Assembly: GCA_000438255.1 (NCBI GenBank)
Contig: FR901943.1
Span: 1-40,168 of the forward strand
Length of the DNA: 40,168 bases
DNA from: Clostridium sp. CAG:389
GTDB taxonomy: Bacteria > Bacillota > Clostridia > TANB77 > CAG-508
Reading direction: 5' to 3'
Each line of letters begins with the position of its first letter. Within the stretch, counting starts at the first letter, position 1. A program made the position numbers and the translations under genes. Of this stretch, positions 36,295-40,168 are shown piece by piece. Under the pieces are notes generated by a model, which was not told where the DNA came from, did not search any database, and saw only the letters and a program-made list of their open reading frames with translations.

Positions 36295-37149
36295 ATGTGG
36301 ATTGTTTTATGTTTATTATCGACACTTACATCAGGTCTTGCATCTATCATTATGAAAAAATGTTCTAAAAATAATAATGCAAAATCAATTGCATTAATTG
36401 GATTATTAATAAGTCATATTTTATATGTAATTGTATCTATCTTATTTACTGATGTTTTAACAACATTTAATATTAAAAGTTTTGTACAAATAGCACCTTT
36501 AACAATATGTCAAATGATAGGCTATATATGTGGAATATTATCTGTAAAATATGCTAGTGTTTCTACTGTTATACCAATTAGAAAGTGTAATACAATAGTT
36601 ACTTTAATTTTAGGAATTATTATTTTAAATGAATCTATACCAATTTTAAAGTTAATAATATCATTAATACTCGTTTGTTTAACAATCTTTATAGTTAAAG
36701 AAGATAAAATTTCCGATGATAAAGATAGTAAAAAAGGAATTATATTTGCATGGTTGTTTGTCATTTTTAATGGAATATCATCAATGTTAAATAAATATTA
36801 TATAAATATTTTTATAAATCCTTTGGTTGTAACATTTTATTATAGTCTTTGTGGAATTTTCATAGTACTTTTATATTGTTTATTTACTAAAAGTTGGAAA
36901 TATTATAATTTGAAAAATATAAATAAATCATATTTTTTATTTACTTATATTTTATTTGATTTTGTCTCTAATTTAAGTTATAGATTCTGTTTAGTAGATG
37001 GTCCTGTTTCATTAGCTCAACCAATACACTCTAGTTCAATAATCATTACTATTATAGGATCTTATTTTATACTAAAAGAAAAAATTTCTAAAAAGAAATG
37101 GTTAATGATTGCTGGTGTAATAGTGTGTGTAATGTTACTATCCATTTAA
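36295..37149 (+). CDS. EamA/DMT superfamily transporter
   Basis: 284-aa ORF with about 10 TM helices in two halves typical of EamA duplications. The RBS is weak. Confidence 0.75.
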   Translation: MWIVLCLLSTLTSGLASIIMKKCSKNNNAKSIALIGLLISHILYVIVSILFTDVLTTFNIKSFVQIAPLTICQMIGYICGILSVKYASVSTVIPIRKCNTIVTLILGIIILNESIPILKLIISLILVCLTIFIVKEDKISDDKDSKKGIIFAWLFVIFNGISSMLNKYYINIFINPLVVTFYYSLCGIFIVLLYCLFTKSWKYYNLKNINKSYFLFTYILFDFVSNLSYRFCLVDGPVSLAQPIHSSSIIITIIGSYFILKEKISKKKWLMIAGVIVCVMLLSI

Positions 37150-37204
37150 TATAATAAAATACAAAAGAGATTCCGACTAAATCAATTTAGATAAAGCAGT
37201 ATTA

Positions 37205-37325
37205 AAAAAAGAAAAAATCAACCATTTCTGATTGATTTTCATATCATCTGTTCTATAAAAAGTTCGAACAGATTTGTTATTGGAGCGGGTAAGCAACAGC
37301 TTACGAACTACAACGCTCTCTTTCT
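37205..37325 (-). ncRNA. candidate small RNA (about 120 nt) bounded by a consensus promoter and a terminator
   Basis: Minus strand has TTGAAA, a 17-nt spacer and TATAAT (37360-37332). A locally GC-rich stretch follows with three hairpins: GAGCG/GTAAGC-TGTT-GCTTAC/CGCTC, then ATCTGTTC-12 nt-GAACAGAT, then the terminator hairpin plus U-tract. No convincing ORF or RBS lies inside. Confidence 0.3.
37214..37239. terminator. AT-rich bidirectional hairpin (EamA terminator and/or terminator of a minus-strand sRNA)
   Basis: AAAATCAA-10 nt-TTGATTTT. The U-tract is much longer on the minus strand (TTTTTTCTTTTTTT) than on the plus strand (TTTTC). Confidence 0.45.
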
Positions 37326-37429
37326 AAAAATATTATATATGAAATCTTATTAAATTTCAATGGGAGTATATGAAATTTTTAACATTTATAGTATAATATT
37401 CATATAATATACTTTTTTAGGAGATATGT

Positions 37430-38029
37430 ATGAAAATCGGAATAGATATAGATGGTGTTTTGACAGATGAAAAAAAATATGTAATAGACTATGGTACAAA
37501 GTTTTTTTTAGAGAATAATATTCACTATAAAGTTCGTGATAACAAATTTGATGGCAAGGAAATTTTTGATGTTACAGAAGATGAATATAATTTGTTTTTA
37601 AATAATTATATATTTGAATATTCAAAAAATATTCAAATTAGACCATTTGCTTCAGAAATTATAAAAAAATTAATAAAAAAACATAAAATAATTATTATAA
37701 CAGCAAGAGACTATACAACTTTTGAAAACAAATATCAGACAAAGATGCAAGATATAGTAAAAAAATGGCTTTGTGATAATAGTGTTTTATATGATGAAAT
37801 AGTTTTTAGCAAAAATAAAGCACTTATATGTAAACAAAAAAAGATTGACATTATGATTGAAGATAGACCGGAAAACATAGTTGAAATTGCTAAAAAAATA
37901 CCAGTTATATGTTATAACAATGTATACAATAAAAATATATCTAATAAAAATGTTTATAGATGTTTTAGTTGGTATGATATATATAATAAAATTAATAATT
38001 TGGATATTATTAAAAATCAATCTAATTAA
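37430..38029 (+). CDS. HAD superfamily 5'(3')-deoxyribonucleotidase-like (NT5C family) protein
   Basis: 199-aa ORF with motif I GIDIDGVL, ITAR and the IMIEDRPENI motif. SD AGGAG lies 6 nt upstream. Confidence 0.65.
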   Translation: MKIGIDIDGVLTDEKKYVIDYGTKFFLENNIHYKVRDNKFDGKEIFDVTEDEYNLFLNNYIFEYSKNIQIRPFASEIIKKLIKKHKIIIITARDYTTFENKYQTKMQDIVKKWLCDNSVLYDEIVFSKNKALICKQKKIDIMIEDRPENIVEIAKKIPVICYNNVYNKNISNKNVYRCFSWYDIYNKINNLDIIKNQSN

Positions 38030-38052
38030 ATTTAAAATTTGTAGGAGGAAAA

Positions 38053-39207
38053 ATGCAAGAATATTTTTACAAGAGAGAATATAAATATATGTATTTAAGT
38101 ATATTTTCATATAATTTTGCAAACGCATTAAGTGAAACTTTTGGTACTGTTATGTTGTATAAAGCTGGATTACCTCTATATATAATATTATTAATATATG
38201 GCATAAGATTTTTGATTATGGGATTAATAACTCCATTATTTATTACTATATCTAATAAAGTCGGTATTGCAAAATGTATATTAATTTCAAATATATTTAA
38301 TATAATTTATGCTTATTTTATATTAATCAATAAGAATTTAGTATCAAATATAATTATATTTGTATTAGCAATGGGGTTAAATGGATTATCAAATCCATCT
38401 TCAGATTCATTATCTAGTAAATACGTAGAAACTAAGCATAGAGGTAGGTTTAATAGTTTATATAGCATAAGCAAAATATTAGGCACCGTATTGGCCAGTT
38501 GTTTAGTTGCTTGGGGAGTTATCAGTAATAGTACATTTATATTATTCATTATACTTTCAGTTTTCTTTATACTTCAATATTTATTAATACAAAGAATAGA
38601 CTATAAACCCGAAAGAAAATCAAGTGTTTTTAAAACAAGTATAAAATATTTGATCAATATTAAAAGTAAATATAAAATTATTTATGCTTTACGAACTAAT
38701 CATATAATAGAAAGACAATTTGTGCCTTTATATTTATATTTAATACTAAAGGATTTTAAGGTATTTTCTGTAGTTACGATAGTGTCACTTTTATTTCAAT
38801 CTGTAACTATTATTTTAATAGGCAAATACACAGATAAAAATATAAAAAAAGCAAATAATTTGGTTACAATTATTAAGACTAGTATTACATTAGTATATTT
38901 ATTTGTAAAAAATAAATTTATAATTTCACTTAATAAAACTGTCAGTGATAATGTGTCAAAAGTCTATGATACTTCAATTCAAACATCTATTCAAAATATT
39001 ATTAAAGAATCAAAAGAAGATAATGATCTATTATCTTCGGTAGGTCAAATGAGTTTATGTTTCACTGAAGTCATTACATTTACTATATTAGCTATATTAG
39101 CAAAATTTGTTGGGCAAAAAATATTTTATGTAATTTTTATTCTTTCTATAATTTCAACTGTAGCTATAAATTTTGAAATAAAAAAAGAAAATAAAAATCA
39201 AATGTAG
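38053..39207 (+). CDS. MFS-type transporter
   Basis: 384-aa polytopic ORF of about 10-12 TM helices, with a cytoplasmic loop in the middle. The strong SD is GTAGGAGGAAAAATG. It starts 23 nt after the HAD gene, so the two are a likely operon. Confidence 0.65.
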   Translation: MQEYFYKREYKYMYLSIFSYNFANALSETFGTVMLYKAGLPLYIILLIYGIRFLIMGLITPLFITISNKVGIAKCILISNIFNIIYAYFILINKNLVSNIIIFVLAMGLNGLSNPSSDSLSSKYVETKHRGRFNSLYSISKILGTVLASCLVAWGVISNSTFILFIILSVFFILQYLLIQRIDYKPERKSSVFKTSIKYLINIKSKYKIIYALRTNHIIERQFVPLYLYLILKDFKVFSVVTIVSLLFQSVTIILIGKYTDKNIKKANNLVTIIKTSITLVYLFVKNKFIISLNKTVSDNVSKVYDTSIQTSIQNIIKESKEDNDLLSSVGQMSLCFTEVITFTILAILAKFVGQKIFYVIFILSIISTVAINFEIKKENKNQM

Positions 39208-39308
39208 TATTGTAATAAGGGTATGGGAATTCCCATAATAGAATTTGTACGGGAGTACAAATTCAGTGCTTGCTAGACAAAGTTTTTACTCCCATACTTA
39301 GTAAAATA

Positions 39309-39339
39309 TAAAAAGAGGATTAAATTTTTCCTCTTTTTT
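39309..39339. terminator. bidirectional intrinsic terminator between the MFS gene and tnpV
   Basis: AAAAAGAGGA-9 nt-TCCTCTTTTTT has T-runs after the hairpin on both strands. Confidence 0.65.
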
Positions 39340-39348
39340 GATATTTTT

Positions 39349-39701
39349 TTATATAAATATATACTCATTTAATATAACTTCTTCAGCAATGTTTTTATAA
39401 TTATTCATTAATTTTATCCATTCAAGTTGATTATTACTTTTACTTTTTCAGATAGTAATGGGTTAGATTTTTTATATTGTCCCATTAAAATATTTAATCT
39501 ATTTTCTGCTTCAATACTGACTGAAAGAAGATGATTTGTTAATTCATTTTTCATTAAAAGTGTAGTATATAATCCTTTTTTATGATTTTTAATATAATCT
39601 AATCTTAAATATCCATACTTATTAATTTGTTTATAATCTTGTTTTTTTATTGTTAAATCTGGTAATAAATAATCTCCTTTTTTTGTATAAGTAACTTTCA
39701 T
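39349..39701 (-). pseudogene. tnpV: transposon-encoded TnpV family protein, frameshifted
   Basis: The N-terminus MKVTYTKKGDYLLPDLTIKKQ...YGYLRLDYIKNHKKGLYTTLLM matches my memory of TnpV. The family-typical C-terminus QLEWIKLMNNYKNIAEEVILNEYIFI* is present but in another frame (ends at 39349). The switch lies at the T5/T4 runs at 39438-39448. Confidence 0.7.
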
Positions 39702-39722
39702 TTTTTATCATTCCTTTCTCAT

Positions 39723-40168
39723 TTAAATTTCATTAATTAATTCATTTTTAGGTACTAATATTAAAATATCTTTAATAACATTTTTCTCAATATACGGACA
39801 ACTAACAATGCCATTTATATATAAATGATTTTGTGATTTACTAATAAATTCTTCTAAAAATTCATTAGAATATTCTTTGTTTTTCATTTTCATAATTGAT
39901 AAAATATCATAGCTTGATTTCATATTTTTCAAATCATTTTCGTTAATTTTTTTATGAAATTTAATTCCAATATTATTATCATTTATAATTGTATTAAGAT
40001 ATTTAAGTATTTTTTACTGCTTTTAGTTATAAATTCATCTGTGAATTTTATATCTTTAATTTCAATATTGTAGTTTTTATCACGTTTAATTTCTATCATA
40101 GATATAAGTCTATGAATCATATCTCTTTTAGCTTCTCTTGATAACAAATCATAAAGAAAAGCAAAGCC
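39723..40168 (-). pseudogene. 3' end of a larger gene running off the window, frameshifted; possibly the C-terminal region of a TnpX/TndX-like large serine recombinase
   Basis: Minus-strand frame a reads GFAFLYDLLSREAKRDMIHRLISMIEIKRDKNYNIEIKDIKFTDEFITKSSKK and then hits a stop. Adding one A to the A6 run (T6 on plus, 40010-40015) continues it as ILKYLNTIINDNN...MKSSYDILS...NELINEI*, which is ORF 39723-39932. The recombinase call rests only on its position upstream of tnpV and on an IxxIEI...I.I segment. Confidence 0.35.

Larger units (their letters stand above)
39349..40168 (-). mobile_element. remnant of a Tn4451/Tn4453-like (tnpX-tnpV) mobilisable transposon module; extent unknown and continues beyond the window
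   Basis: The tnpV homologue lies immediately downstream of a co-oriented gene, as with tnpX-tnpV in Tn4451 (gene order from memory). Both genes are frameshifted. Confidence 0.45.

Noticed and set aside
37370-37396. 8-codon ORF MKFLTFIV upstream of the HAD-MFS operon as a leader peptide
   Set aside because: GGGAG is only 3 nt from the ATG, which is too close. There are no codons of obvious regulatory significance and no alternative hairpins overlapping it.

Overview
Very AT-rich Firmicutes (Clostridia-like) chromosomal segment. Positions 1 to about 35 kb hold a dense, almost exclusively minus-strand array of housekeeping genes. These are a partial TIM-barrel isomerase, glyQS (T-box controlled, preceded by tRNA-Trp), efp, an M24 Xaa-Pro peptidase, a prepilin peptidase, yqeG, pheS-pheT (T-box controlled), pnp, rpsO, gap, a GH15-family hydrolase, a beta-CASP MBL nuclease, ftsK, rsmD, divIVA, sepF, miaA, mutL, divergent SecD/SecF-like proteins and an HD hydrolase. 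The only plus-strand gene in this part is an M23 peptidase whose catalytic HxH motif is out of frame. The last 5 kb (about 35.1-40.2 kb) looks accessory and partly decayed. It holds a frameshifted PlsC-type acyltransferase, an EamA transporter, an NT5C-like HAD nucleotidase, an MFS transporter, and a frameshifted tnpV next to the frameshifted 3' end of a probable large serine recombinase (Tn4451-like tnpX-tnpV order). I saw no rRNA, no CRISPR array, no reverse transcriptase and no recognisable defence or toxin genes. The most unusual signal is non-coding. A 29-41 bp self-complementary module (CTGTTTTTGGGGACGGAGGAAAAAAACAG) occurs four times as two long perfect palindromes. Each palindrome sits immediately upstream of the ribosome-binding site of a minus-strand gene, one of them inside the glyQS T-box leader. 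There is also a wider set of GTCC-N5-6-GGAC / GGGGACG mini-hairpins confined to intergenic DNA. A promoter-plus-terminator-bounded candidate sRNA and a pair of nested perfect palindromes lie in the accessory region. All functional calls come from reading the translations and sequence by eye. No database search was possible.
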